DNA from: an uncultured Acidobacteriota bacterium
GTDB lineage: Bacteria > Acidobacteriota > UBA6911
Direction: 5' to 3'
Length of the DNA stretch: 64,000 bases
Assembly: GCA_963827655.1 (NCBI GenBank)
Contig: CAWHCF010000020.1
Coordinates: forward strand, 64,001-128,000
Shown: piece after piece, positions 1 through 10,405 of the stretch
Layout of the letters: each line of letters starts with the position of its first letter
How positions within the stretch are numbered: position 1 is the stretch's first letter
Notes under the pieces: model-generated
Told to the model about the DNA's origin: nothing
The model's input: the letters and a program-made list of their open reading frames with translations, nothing else
Database searches by the model: none
Translations under genes and position numbers: made by a program

Positions 1-2341
1 CCATCGAGTATCCATGGCCGGCGACGCGAGCCGTTTCGGTGACGTCGGTGAACTTCAGGCCGCCGTCGTTGCGGTAGAGGCGGTTCCAGTATTTCGAGGA
101 TTCTTTCTCGAGTGATGGAATGGCGGCGCCGTTGGTGAAAAAGATATCGACCCGGCCGTCGTTGTTGTAATCGAAGGCGGCGATCCCCCCGGCCATGGTC
201 TCGATCAGGCGTTTTTCCGGAGTGCCGTGATTCTCGAGTGTGAAGTTCAACCCCGCCTCGCCGGCGATGTTGCGGAAGCGGATCGGTGCGGCGCCGCGGG
301 CCGGACCCGAGCGGCCCTTCGCGATGCCGTCCGATCGGATCTGCGCCAGCAGTCTGCGGGCAGGCTCGTACGGGCCGGCCGCCTCCAGGTCGGACGCGGC
401 CTCCGGGAGTTTTCCAGCCTCGACCAGCACCCGCGCCCGGTGATAGCGCGCCTCGGCCGAGGCAGGATTCTGTCCCACCGCCGCCGTGAGTCGCGCCAGG
501 GCCTCGTCGGAGCGCCCGAGCCGCAGCAACAGAACGCCCGCGTTCAGGTGCGCATCGAAGAACTGAGGATCGGCCTTCAGGGCGGCCTCGTACTCGGCGA
601 GCGCCTGCTGATTGCGATTCGTCTCGACCAGAATCAAACCCAGCAGAGTGTGCGCCCGGGCGGGCGGTTCGCCCAGCTCCAGCGCGCGCCGGGCGCTTCG
701 TTCAGCTTCGTCGAGCAGGCCTCGCAAGTACTGAACCCGTCCCAGGTAGAAATGCGACGGCGCGTCGCGTGGCCGGCGTTCCACGGCATCGCGAAAAGTC
801 TTTTCGGCCAGTTCGAGCTGCCCTGCCTGCTGAAGCGAGAGTCCGTACAGCAAGCGGCCTGCGAAGTCGTCGGCGTGTTGCTCGAGGTGGCGCGCGAAGG
901 CGCGGGCCGCCTCGGCGAACTTTCTTTCGCGGTAGAGCGCGACGGCCCGCTCGCGCTCCGGGATGCCCTCCAGAAGCTGGCGCGCTCCATCCAGCAGTGG
1001 ATCGCGCTCGAGGGCGCGGAGGAGATAAACGGCGGCGCCTGCAGCGTCGCCGGCGCCGCGCAGGGCGGCCGCCAGGTTCAAAAGCCGGGCCGGGTCATTG
1101 GGGTTTTCGGCGAGCGCTTTCTCGAAATGCCGCGCCGCCTCGACCGTGTCGTTGCGCTTCATCAGGACGAGCCCCAGGGCGGTCTGGACGTCGGCGTCAG
1201 GCTCGCGCAATTCCGAAAGAAGCCGGAACCCTTCGTTCAAGTGAAATGCGGAACCGTCGCGCTCACCCATGCTCACGTAAGCGAGTCCCAGGTTGCGTCC
1301 GGCCAGCTCTTGCGGCGGCTCGCGCCAGGCGCGTAGCCTCACAGGGCCGGGGGCCGCCGGCGCCGCTTCCGGCACGCGCCGGATCCGATGATCGGTGTAG
1401 GCGGTGTGGGCCACTTCGGTTCCGCGCTTCGGCATATGACATCCGGCGCAGTCCGGCGCCGGCTGAGGATGTGAGGGAGAGAGGCTGGCATGACACCCGG
1501 TGCAGCGGGCACGGTAGTTGTCGCCTCGATTGGCTGACGGATCGTGCGGATTGTGGCATGTGCCACACCAGAAGCGGTTGCCGCTAACCTGGGCGCAACG
1601 GCTCAGGGCTAGCTGTTCCGAGTGACTGGTGACCTTGAAGGGGCCGGGCCGTTCGCCGACGTAAACCGAAAAAATCTCCTCGAGCGTTCGGCCTGCGACG
1701 AAGTCCCTGATCAATCGGCCCGGGTTAGGGATGCGCGCCTCACCGCCGAGGTGGCACTGCTCGCAGACGCTGTCGCGCGCGGCCGCCGGAAGTCGCCGCG
1801 GGTTGACGATGGTTTCCGCGGAGGGTCGCGCGAGATGCCCGGCCGTCGGGCCGTGGCAGCGTTCGCAATCAATGGGGCGCGGAGCCGCGGCATCGCCGCT
1901 CGCGTGACAGAAAAGGCACTCGTCAGTGATCCGGCGCCGGAAGCCCGGCGCCCGGTCCGATTCGTAGCCGGGTGAGAGATCCCAGGCCTGGCGGTGGGTG
2001 TAGTAAGAGACCGGCGACTGAACCAGGTGGTCGCCTGCCCGGGCGGCGTAGCTTCGACCCTGGCGCCCGGAGCCGATGAAGAGCTCGATGGGGTATTCCG
2101 CGATCTCGGCCGCTCGCTCCAGCCGGTGACGCATCCCGGTCGAGTCGGCGGTGACGGTGAACCGGGTTCCCGAGAGCGAATGGGCCACGGCCCCCGCCGG
2201 GTGGCCGGCGGGTGACCCCACGGACTGGCCCATCCCAGTCAGTTTGTAGGTCTGAACCTCTTGGGGATGGCAGGCCGCGCACGGGTGCGCCGCATCAGCT
2301 CGAGGGGTTGCAAGAGCCAGCGCAAGCCACAGAACGTGCAT
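1..2341 (-). CDS. Multiheme c-type cytochrome - TPR - FG-GAP/CRTAC1(ASPIC-UnbV)-like fusion protein, 3' end beyond the window
   Basis: Manual translation from ATG 2341: signal-like MHVLWLALALATPRADA, then CAACH, CLFCH, CERCH, CEQCH, CGTCH, CTGCH, CAGCH. An Ala/Leu-rich TPR-like region follows, then in the same frame ETMAGGIAAFDYNNDGRVDIFFTNG...NRLYRNDGGLKFTDVT. It is absent from the ORF track because no stop falls inside the window. Confidence 0.88.
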   Translation of the reverse strand, partial: MHVLWLALALATPRADAAHPCAACHPQEVQTYKLTGMGQSVGSPAGHPAGAVAHSLSGTRFTVTADSTGMRHRLERAAEIAEYPIELFIGSGRQGRSYAARAGDHLVQSPVSYYTHRQAWDLSPGYESDRAPGFRRRITDECLFCHASGDAAAPRPIDCERCHGPTAGHLARPSAETIVNPRRLPAAARDSVCEQCHLGGEARIPNPGRLIRDFVAGRTLEEIFSVYVGERPGPFKVTSHSEQLALSRCAQVSGNRFWCGTCHNPHDPSANRGDNYRARCTGCHASLSPSHPQPAPDCAGCHMPKRGTEVAHTAYTDHRIRRVPEAAPAAPGPVRLRAWREPPQELAGRNLGLAYVSMGERDGSAFHLNEGFRLLSELREPDADVQTALGLVLMKRNDTVEAARHFEKALAENPNDPARLLNLAAALRGAGDAAGAAVYLLRALERDPLLDGARQLLEGIPERERAVALYRERKFAEAARAFARHLEQHADDFAGRLLYGLSLQQAGQLELAEKTFRDAVERRPRDAPSHFYLGRVQYLRGLLDEAERSARRALELGEPPARAHTLLGLILVETNRNQQALAEYEAALKADPQFFDAHLNAGVLLLRLGRSDEALARLTAAVGQNPASAEARYHRARVLVEAGKLPEAASDLEAAGPYEPARRLLAQIRSDGIAKGRSGPARGAAPIRFRNIAGEAGLNFTLENHGTPEKRLIETMAGGIAAFDYNNDGRVDIFFTNGAAIPSLEKESSKYWNRLYRNDGGLKFTDVTETARVAGHGYSM

Positions 2342-2355
2342 CGCCCGATTTTATT

Positions 2356-2427
2356 GGCGTCTTCGTGTCTTCGTGGTTAGCGCTTCGGAAGAAATACCGC
2401 CAGGACGCGAAGACACGAAGAAACGCC
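2356..2427. repeat. Inverted pair of the 9-bp-period motif (GTCTTCGTGTCTTCGTGG / CCAGGACGCGAAGACACGAAGAAAC)
   Basis: Read directly; same family as the copies at ~19078, 25580, 33310, 37578, 45262 and 52141. Confidence 0.8.
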
Positions 2428-2432
2428 ACGAA

Positions 2433-2867
2433 CTAGTTCGGCAGCCGCAGCGATTGATGCGCTACCAGTTGCCAGCGCCCGTTTTGATGGACCCACGTGT
2501 GCACGAAGCGAAGGTGAGCGGGACTGACCGGGCCGCCTTTCTGCGATGTCTCGATCCGTACCACGGCGGTCGCCACTGCGGCGTTGCCGCCCGCGTAAAT
2601 CCGCGCATCGAGCGATTCGTAATCAATCTTGTGGTATTTGCGCGCACCGGAGAGATTGTCGATGTATATCTTCTTGGAGTCGGTCTCTCCGTTCGAGTGC
2701 GTGTAGGTCAGGTCATCGGCCAGCAGATTCTGGAGCGCAGCGGCGTCACCCTTGACGGTAGCAGCCGCCCAGGCCCGGTCGGCGTTTTTGACCGCCTCGA
2801 CCGTCTTCGAGTCTGCAGCCATCAGGGCGGTGCCGGCCAGCAAGCCGAGAAGCAGGATCTTCAACAT
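2433..2867 (-). CDS. Secreted NTF2-like / DUF4440 family protein
   Basis: Signal peptide; WAAATVKGDAAALQNLLADDLTYTHSNG...HTWVHQNGRWQLVAHQS is typical of SnoaL/DUF4440. Confidence 0.85.
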   Translation of the reverse strand: MLKILLLGLLAGTALMAADSKTVEAVKNADRAWAAATVKGDAAALQNLLADDLTYTHSNGETDSKKIYIDNLSGARKYHKIDYESLDARIYAGGNAAVATAVVRIETSQKGGPVSPAHLRFVHTWVHQNGRWQLVAHQSLRLPN

Positions 2868-3003
2868 GATTCAGGATCTCCTTTCGCAACAAGACTGCAT
2901 CATAGAACAGCCCGGTTCTGGCGTGGAAGACAGTTTCCCCGGCTTCAACGACGGTTGGCCTCGATTCTTCACATACGCTCAAACGCGGTCGCGTCTTTGA
3001 CTC

Positions 3004-3807
3004 TTATTTGCCCTTGGCTCTCGCGACGGGCGAATCTCCGCCGTATGGCTGATAGGCTTTGTCGGCCCGCGCGGCGTCCTCGCCGGTCAACTCGTGCTCC
3101 GAATCGAGGAATTGACGGACTCTCGAGGCCCACTCATCAAAGGCTTCCTTGGCCGCCGCAAACTTCTGCATACGGGAGAAGTTGACGGCGCCTACCTCCG
3201 CTCCTGCGCCCAGATTGCTCCTGTCGACCATGGCCGCGATCCGATCGCCGGTCTGTGAATCGACCAGCTCCATCTCGACACCGACCTTGCCGATATTCAA
3301 GGCCCGCTGGAGCGGCTTGCCGGTCTCTGCCGGAATGTCTCCTGCAGCCACCTCGCCCCCGACATCGACGCCGATGAGGGCGGTTCGCAAGCGAAGAACC
3401 ATCGGCCCTGGGGCATCGACCACCGGGAAGGCGTCGGACACAGCCTTGATGAGGGCGTAATGGAAGTAATTCGTCAATGCCTTACGCGAGTCCTCGTTAA
3501 CCTTGCTCTCGTCGGCATCGGTGGCGATGTAGACGTCTATCGGATCGACCACGATCGCGAAGTAGCTGCGCAGATTCTTCTGGGCATCTGGACTGGCATA
3601 GGTCCGCGCATCACCTTCAAGCTTGGGGTTGGGCTTTAACGCCGAGTAGTCCTTCAGAAAGCCGGAAAACTCCTGCCCGGCCGCCATCTTTTTCACGGCT
3701 GTCCTCGTCTCCGCGGCCGGTTTCGGCGTCTGCGAACATCCCATGACCAGTGCGAGCGGCAGCACAAAAGTTAGGCAACGGGACACCGTTCTTAATCTCT
3801 TCAGCAT
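3004..3807 (-). CDS. DUF3313-like lipoprotein
   Basis: Lipobox-like LVMGC, FSGFLKDYSAL, LRLRTAL, EMELVDSQTGDRIAAMVD. Start taken at MLKRLR; the ORF track starts at 3837. Confidence 0.75.
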   Translation of the reverse strand: MLKRLRTVSRCLTFVLPLALVMGCSQTPKPAAETRTAVKKMAAGQEFSGFLKDYSALKPNPKLEGDARTYASPDAQKNLRSYFAIVVDPIDVYIATDADESKVNEDSRKALTNYFHYALIKAVSDAFPVVDAPGPMVLRLRTALIGVDVGGEVAAGDIPAETGKPLQRALNIGKVGVEMELVDSQTGDRIAAMVDRSNLGAGAEVGAVNFSRMQKFAAAKEAFDEWASRVRQFLDSEHELTGEDAARADKAYQPYGGDSPVARAKGK

Positions 3808-3853
3808 GTTTCCCTCCATTACATTCCCAAAATCCACTCACTATGACCCGGGG

Positions 3854-4708
3854 TCAGCTCTTCTTGCTGGCCGGCTCCTGAATCCGCAGCAGGTTGAAGA
3901 CGTGGAACGCGAGCGGCACCGAGTTGGCCTGTATGGTGGCGATGTCGGAGTCCGCTTTGCTCGCCACGTTGCCGAGCAGGATGATGTTGCCGTTCTTTAC
4001 GACGATCTTGATATCGGAGCCGCTGCCCCAGAAGTATCTCGAAAGGTGGCGCTGCAGCGCAGCCCGGGTGGCCGCCCGGATGTCCATGTCCATGCTGCCC
4101 AGCGGCAGTATCTCGATGTTGTTGACGATCCCCTTGACTCCTTCAATCATCTTGATGCGATTGTACGCCTCCGACCGGTTGGTCTGGCGCACGGTCCAGC
4201 CGGTCAGGATGACATCTTCGCCCACCATGGTGAAGGAGATGAAATCGAACTGGCTGATGTAGGGCATCATCGCCAGTTCGTGCCGGACCTTCTCGAAAAT
4301 CTCCGGCGAACCCTTGGCCTTGAAATGCCGGACATCGAGCAGCCTGCGGCTGGGGTCGTCCTCCGGGATGCTGCTCACTTCCAGCGGGTTGGCGGACTGG
4401 AGCTTCATTTCTCCCGATTTCAACTTGATTTCGCCCGTGACCTCGGAGAACTTGCCGACATAGTCTTTTATCATCTTCTGCTTGTTGACGTCGAAGACGG
4501 TGTTGTCCTTCAGGCGGACCACGACTGGATTCGATCCCTCCTTATGCGTCTTCTCGCTGCACGCGACCCGCTCAGTTGTAATGGGACCGAGCATCAGACG
4601 CGCGCACAGGTCGGAGTCCACGTAGGCGTGGAAGGTTGCGACTTCATCTTTGGCGCACAGCACGCCGCCCACCAGCAGGATGAGCATGACTAAAAACGTT
4701 TTCTTCAT
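3854..4708 (-). CDS. Secreted BON-domain protein with an N-terminal Cys-containing domain
   Basis: Signal peptide; VILTGWTV...IEGVKGIVNNIEILP and IKIVVKNGNIILLGNV...VFNLLRI are two BON-like repeats. Confidence 0.8.
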   Translation of the reverse strand: MKKTFLVMLILLVGGVLCAKDEVATFHAYVDSDLCARLMLGPITTERVACSEKTHKEGSNPVVVRLKDNTVFDVNKQKMIKDYVGKFSEVTGEIKLKSGEMKLQSANPLEVSSIPEDDPSRRLLDVRHFKAKGSPEIFEKVRHELAMMPYISQFDFISFTMVGEDVILTGWTVRQTNRSEAYNRIKMIEGVKGIVNNIEILPLGSMDMDIRAATRAALQRHLSRYFWGSGSDIKIVVKNGNIILLGNVASKADSDIATIQANSVPLAFHVFNLLRIQEPASKKS

Positions 4709-5242
4709 TTTTCGTCCCCTTTGTGCGATATGGGTTTATCCGGCGGGTTGAACTCGTCCGACGCCGCTCAGTCCCCCGATAATGGCGTTCCCCTTTACCC
4801 GCCCGTTTCGTCCTCGTTCCCGCGCGGGTCAAAAAGGCCAGACTCAAGACGACAGGTTTAGACTCTGCGTCCGAACTCCAGTTTGGTCTCTTCAACGATG
4901 CGCGGGCCAGTCACAAAATAACCTGGTAGTGCGAACAAGATTCAGCGGCATTATATGACAGAATCGGAGCCGCTGGGCTGGGATTCTTGGGTGAGGTTTC
5001 ACGCGAACGAACGGGCTGTTCTTGACAGACGGGGTCTCGTGGGTCTGGTCGGACACCGGTGCGGCCGGCGGGAATCGGGTCCTTTCGTGAGGCTGGGCCG
5101 CTGAATTCGCTGTCCCGGTGTGTTCTTCTTGCCTGGTGGGTGGGTAACGGGTTCGGGCCGCGCCCGTCCTGCGCTCCGGCCCGAGCGAATCGGTTAGGCG
5201 ATGAGCAAGCGATCGCGGTCGATAGTTTCACTCAACAACGGC

Positions 5243-5271
5243 TTGACATAGCTCCATTCCGAGCTTAGCGT
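5243..5271 (+). promoter_or_regulatory. Putative sigma70 promoter
   Basis: TTGACA (5243-5248), 17-nt spacer, TAGCGT (5266-5271), upstream of a GGAGGAG RBS and ATG 5303. Confidence 0.55.
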
Positions 5272-5302
5272 TTCCCCAAGTTCTCAAATCGGAGGAGTCA
5301 CC

Positions 5303-7325
5303 ATGATCGGTTCGGTCCTGCGCACCATCCTTATAATCGCTGCATTCGCCGACATCGCTTCAGGCTGAGGTCGTCCGGGTTGAGGTCAAGTCGCGCGTCG
5401 ATATTCTCGCCGGCAAGTCCTTCGGCCAGGCAGGTGCCTACGAAAAGCTTTCGGGAAAGGTGCACTTCGCCGTGGATCCGCGCAACAGCGCGAATCAGAT
5501 TATCACGGACATCGATAAGGCCCCGAAGAACGCGGCAGGCAAGGTCGAGTTTTCCTCCGACTTCTACCTGATCAAGCCGAAGAACCTGGAACGCGGCAAC
5601 GGAACTTTGCTTTACGAGGTTTCCAATCGCGGCGGCAAGGGAATGGTAGGCTTTTTCAATTTCGCGTCCGGCAGTCTTGATCCGCAGACAGCGGACCAGT
5701 TTGGCGATGCTTTTTTGCTGGAGCAAGGATTCACGCTGCTGTGGCTGGGATGGCAATTCGATCCACCCCAGCGCGAGGAACTCATGCGCGTTTACGCTCC
5801 GGTGGCGCGCGCGGCGGACGGCAGTCCGATTCAGGGACTCGTGCGCAGCAATTTCGTTCCGACCCAGAAGGTCCAGGAGGCGTCACTCGCCGACCGCAAT
5901 CACATGGCGTACCCGGTGGCCGATCCCAAAGATTCCGCCAGCGTGCTCACGGTCCGCGACTCGGCCGAAGGGGCGAGCCGCACAATTCCGCGCGATCAAT
6001 GGGATTTTACGCCCGACCGCACACGCGTGCGCATGGCGACCGGTTTCGAGCCGCACAAGATCTACGAGGTCGTGTACAAATCGCAGGATCCGCCGGTGGT
6101 GGGCGTGGGTCCGGCGGCGGTGCGCGATATGGTGTCGATGTTGAAGTATGGATCGTCTGCCGAGCTTTCCGTGGCGCCGAGGCGGGATCAAACGCGCGAT
6201 TGCGTTCGGTATCTCCCAGAGCGGGCGCTTCCTCCGCACTTATCTCTACTACGGCTTCAACGAGGACGAAGCGCACCGGAAGGTGTTCGACGGGATCATG
6301 GCTCACGTGGCAGGCAGCGGCCGCGGCAGCTTCAATCATCGGTTCGCCCAGCCGTCGCGCGACGCGCATCCGCACTTGAATTTTTTATATCCGACGGACA
6401 TTTTCCCGTTTACCGACGCGCCGCAGACCGATCCTGAGACTGGCGCCCGCGACGGCATGATGACCCACGGCACGAAGCCTCAGTTCATGCCGAAAGTCTT
6501 CTACACGAACTCGTCATATGAGTATTGGGGGCGCGCCGCATCGCTGTTCCACACAACGGTCGACGGGCTTAAAGACGCGTCCGTTGCTGCCGAATACGCG
6601 CGCCTACCTGTTGTCGGCCGGCCAGCACGGCCCCGCCCCATTTCCCCCCTCACGCTCGATCGGACAGCAGCTGAACAACCCGCTCGACTTCCGCTGGGCC
6701 ATGCGCAAGCTTCTGGTCTCAATGAATCGCTGGATCACGGACGGAACCGAGCCGCCCGAGAGCCGCTATCCGCGCATCGCAGACGGCACGCTTGTCCCGC
6801 CGGACAAGTTGAAATTCCCGAAGATTCCGAACGTGAATCTTGCGACGACTCCTCACAAGGCCTATCGCACGGACTACGGTCCCGACTTTCTCAAGAAGGG
6901 AATCATCACACAGGAACCTCCCAAAGTCGGTTCGTCTTTCCCGATTCTCGTGCCACAAGTCGACGCTGACGGAAACGAGCTTGCCGGCATCCGGATGCCG
7001 GAACTCGCGGTGCCGATCGCAACGTATACCGGATGGAATTTGTTCAACCAGCAGTCCGGTCCAACCAGCGTCGTCTCGAGCATGCAGGGCTCATTCATCC
7101 CATTCTCCCCGCACCCGCGCCGACCGCGAACGAACCAAAGACCCTCGCCTTTCAATCGAAGAGCGCTACCAGAGCCGAAAGCAGTACCTCGAGCTGGTCT
7201 CCAAAGCGGCCGCAGACCTGGTTGAGAAGGGATACTTGTTAAAGGAGGACGTGCCGCGAATCCTGGCGCAGGCCGAAACTCGCTGGGACTACATGCTGTC
7301 TCAACCTGCGGGAAGCTCTCATTGA
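5303..7325 (+). CDS. Secreted alpha/beta-hydrolase-domain protein (Abhydrolase_10-like), split by ~4 indels
   Basis: RBS + ATG 5303. Joined frames give EVVRVEVKSR...YEVSNRGGK...WLGWQFD...AFGISQSGRFLRTYLY...EYWGRAASL...VPQVDADGNELAGIR...SIEERY. GxSxxG nucleophile motif present. Confidence 0.8.
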
Positions 7326-7413
7326 CTCGTGGAGATCTCAGTACACGGTTTTCCTGATGGCTTTAGGGTGTGCCGTGCTTGCCCAAGGCGAAGCAGAGCT
7401 TCTGCCAAACTAA

Positions 7414-7668
7414 GGGCTCGTCGCAAGAAATAACTTCACATTCTGCGCGGTCAGAATCGGTGGGCGGAGTTGTTAAACCCCTACTGTTTCTGTTAGCTGC
7501 CGCTGGTCTTGGCACCCGTCGAGATCGCGCCCCTTCGGGCTGCGGCCCGCAGGCCCGCTGGCTTTGTTGCTCGCTCCTCACGTACCGCGCCCGGTACGCA
7601 TCGTCGCTCGTGCCTCGCCAGCGGGCCTGGGCCTGCAGCAGAATGTGAACCTATTTCTGCGCGAACCC
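7414..7668. mobile_element. MITE family A (255 bp, ~32-bp imperfect TIRs, TAA target duplication)
   Basis: TAA|GGGCTCGTCGCAAGAAATAACTTCACATTCTGC ... GCAGAATGTGAACCTATTTCTGCGCGAACCC|TAA; no transposase. Confidence 0.7.
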
Positions 7669-7700
7669 TAAGACGCCAGGATCGAGTCTGTGACGACCTG

Positions 7701-8453
7701 TCATTGCTTGTTCGTGTAAATATGCCAGGGATACTCCAAGCCCATCTCCGGCGGACCCCCTTCAAATTTCGCGATCCTCCGGAGAAATCCGGAGTTCTCC
7801 ATGGCCGCGCAATAGGTCGGATTCACGTACGCAATGAATACTTGGCGCGGATGCTTTTCCAGAGACTTCTTCATATTGTCGATGACCGGACTCATGACGG
7901 GGAGTTCGAACGGATCGAAGAAATAGAACACGGTGTTTTCGATAGGCAGCTGATACGATGCGGCATCGAGGCATTCGAGCTCGAATTGCTTGCATTTCTG
8001 AGTCCCCGGTCGGTAAATGCGCACATTTTTCTGCGCCGCTTCGTGAAGCTTGGGCGAAAACTCCACGCCGATGACCCTCTTAAAAGGGAACTCCGATGCC
8101 AGCAGGAGAGTCCGGCCTTTGCCCGATCCGAAATCCACGAAGATAAAGTCTTCGTGGCGAATGTTCATAGTCCCGATGATGCGCTCGAACGTGCGGGGGA
8201 GAGTCGCCCGATAGAGAGAGGCGTACCGGACATTTTCAGAGGTGCGTCCAAAATCCGCAGGTCCCAGCATGGCGGTCGTGTCGGTACCGTATCGCCGGTC
8301 GAAGCCGTCTTGCTCCTCAAAATTCCTCCAGACCTTGCGGCGTTTCAGGTAGGTCTTGAGATAGCGCGGCCCCTGTTTCATGGTTCCCAAAACGCCGCGC
8401 TCGTTGAGTGAGGTCTGGGCGATCTTGAGCAGATGTGTCAGTTCAGCAGCCAT
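7701..8453 (-). CDS. Class I SAM-dependent methyltransferase
   Basis: FVDFGSGKGR motif I, VIGVEFS, FYFFDPF, IAYVNP. Confidence 0.85.
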   Translation of the reverse strand: MAAELTHLLKIAQTSLNERGVLGTMKQGPRYLKTYLKRRKVWRNFEEQDGFDRRYGTDTTAMLGPADFGRTSENVRYASLYRATLPRTFERIIGTMNIRHEDFIFVDFGSGKGRTLLLASEFPFKRVIGVEFSPKLHEAAQKNVRIYRPGTQKCKQFELECLDAASYQLPIENTVFYFFDPFELPVMSPVIDNMKKSLEKHPRQVFIAYVNPTYCAAMENSGFLRRIAKFEGGPPEMGLEYPWHIYTNKQ

Positions 8454-8989
8454 TTCTTATATCCTCGAAGGCAAAGTTGAATCCAAACTTGTGAAGCGCT
8501 CGATCGTGTCTCCGTGGATTCTTTTGCACCCACTCACGACCGAGACACGAGAACGCGGAATCAGATCCTGATTTCCGCTTGCGCCGAGTTGCGCACCAAT
8601 TGAACCTCTCGCGTTGACTTCATGAACCGGAGCGCGCGCGATCCGGAGACCGGCGCCGAATAAGAATTCGTCGACGATTCCCGCGTTAATCAAAGGGTGC
8701 AATGCTGGTATGTTCGAAAAGCTGCCGCGCGCGGCTTGGGGGGCGTCAAACGTCCTGGGCATTAACGCTTCTTCAGGGCGCGAGGCCTGTCTCTACCGGC
8801 TACCTTCTGGCTGCTGTACGAACATATGTCCTTCGCCAACATTCTAGCTGGCTCGCACAGAGGACGCATCGGCGCCCGCGACCATTTTTGATGGGCGAGA
8901 AGGACCAATTTAGAGGGGATCCGCCTGGGCCGTTGCACCTACCCCGAGGGGCACAAATGTGCCTGTCCTCACCAAAGCTACTGACGTGC

Positions 8990-9085
8990 GGGGCTACTCA
9001 CTGACGGGCCTTCGGCTCTGGGCGACAACACCGCCGACTCCTACCGCTCTGGCCAATACGTTAGCGTATTTATGAACTAACCGAC
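8990..9085. mobile_element. Solo right end of MITE family B
   Basis: Closely matches ~60693-60788 (GGGGCTACTCACTG...TCTGGCCAATACGTTAGCGTATTTA...ACCGAC) and is followed by TGA. Confidence 0.7.
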
Positions 9086-9087
9086 TG

Positions 9088-9178
9088 AGCAAGCTACCGC
9101 ACTCCAGAACCGCGCCTTTGGTGTGCGCAAGCATGCTTGAGCCTTGTGTTTGAGGCAGCTTGCTGCCGCACACCCAAG
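9088..9178. repeat. REP-like palindromic elements (AGCAAGCTACCGCACTCCA / GGCAGCTTGCTGCCGCAC)
   Basis: Related copies at ~7364-7410, 13131-13160, 25216-25282 and ~28996. Confidence 0.55.
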
Positions 9179-9340
9179 TGATCGAGTCTCGGACAAACGG
9201 CAACCTCGTTTTTCTCACCTCAGGTCCGTTTTTCCGTCCTACCTAGCCATTTGGGCGATGCGCCCATCTTCGAGCCCGCGCTAAGCTTGGGATTGTCTTG
9301 GCGGCATATCCGGCTAGAAAATGAAACTTTGGAGGAACCG

Positions 9341-10270
9341 ATGCAGCACGAACTATCTGTCTCAGGCACGTGGCAAGCGCTTTCCAACGAGTCAGCAGCT
9401 GCCATCGAAAAGGCTGGGCGCGCGGTCGTCGCGGTGCACGCCCGGCGTCGCATCCCTGCGAGCGGAGTCCACTGGCGACCCGGAATCGTGGTAACGGCTG
9501 ACCACAGCCTGGAGCGTGACGATGAGATCGCCGTCACATTACCGGACGGCCGCACGACAGGTGCGGCCTTGGCGGGCCGCGATCCCAGCACGGACCTGGC
9601 AATCCTCAAACTTGAAGCCCCGGCGCTGCCGGTGGCAGAGATCGGCGACATCACAGGTCTGAAGGTCGGGCATTGGGTCCTGGCCGCGGGTCGTACGTCC
9701 GAGGGTGGCTCAAGAGCTAGCCTGGCGCTCGTGGGTGTGGTCGGACCGGCCTGGCGAACCTGGAGGGGCGGGTTGTTGGACCACACGGTGCGCCTCGACC
9801 GCAACCTTCACCCCAACTTTTCGGGTGGGCCCGCAGTGGACGATCAGGGGAGGTTACTCGGAATTAACACGTCCGCACTGTCGAGGTACGCAGCGGTCGT
9901 AATACCTGCTACTACGGTCGAAAGGGTAGCCGCAGAGCTAGAAAGGAAGGGGCATATCGGGCAGGGCTATATCGGCGTCGGCCTGCAACCCGTCCGGCTG
10001 CCTCGCAAGGTTCGCGAAGCGCTGAACCTGGCGAGCGAAACCGGAATCATGATTGTGCGAGTCGAGCCTGACAGCCCGGCCGAGAAGGCAGGCGTGACGC
10101 TGGGAGACGTGCTCGTGGCGCTGAACGGGAGCCCGGTCCGCGACATCGACGACGTGCAAGTCTACCTCGCCGGCGAGCACATCGGCAGGCCGGTGAAAGC
10201 GTCTATCATTCGCGGTGGAATACTGGCGGAAGTTGTCATTGCCGTGGGCGAACGTCCAGCGGCGACTTGA
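9341..10270 (+). CDS. S1C (HtrA-like) trypsin protease with PDZ domain, no signal peptide
   Basis: GGAGG RBS before ATG 9341; TADH, DPSTDLAILK, PNFSGGP catalytic triad; GYIGV...DSPAEKAGVTLGDVLV PDZ. Confidence 0.88.
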   Translation: MQHELSVSGTWQALSNESAAAIEKAGRAVVAVHARRRIPASGVHWRPGIVVTADHSLERDDEIAVTLPDGRTTGAALAGRDPSTDLAILKLEAPALPVAEIGDITGLKVGHWVLAAGRTSEGGSRASLALVGVVGPAWRTWRGGLLDHTVRLDRNLHPNFSGGPAVDDQGRLLGINTSALSRYAAVVIPATTVERVAAELERKGHIGQGYIGVGLQPVRLPRKVREALNLASETGIMIVRVEPDSPAEKAGVTLGDVLVALNGSPVRDIDDVQVYLAGEHIGRPVKASIIRGGILAEVVIAVGERPAAT

Positions 10271-10405
10271 GCCGCTTGCTCCGTTCGTGAGCCAGGTTCG
10301 TCCAGGCAGCGCCCGTCAGTTTTTGGCAACTGCCCAGGCAAGATTCGCCCGAAGTCTCCAGAGCAATTCTACGCGATTGCCGGTCCGGCGCTGCCCAGAA
10401 ACACC

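Noticed and set aside
227-1587. Long + strand ORFs 227-1336 and 769-1587
   Set aside because: Antisense shadows of the real minus-strand cytochrome/TPR gene in GC-rich DNA. The same applies to many other overlapping ORFs, e.g. 3743-4693, 37890-39434, 41639-42880 and 62490-63644.
4709-5240. Long intergenic region as an ncRNA or riboswitch
   Set aside because: No recognisable Rfam motif by eye; a divergent promoter region explains it. An Infernal search would be needed. The same applies to 8454-8990.
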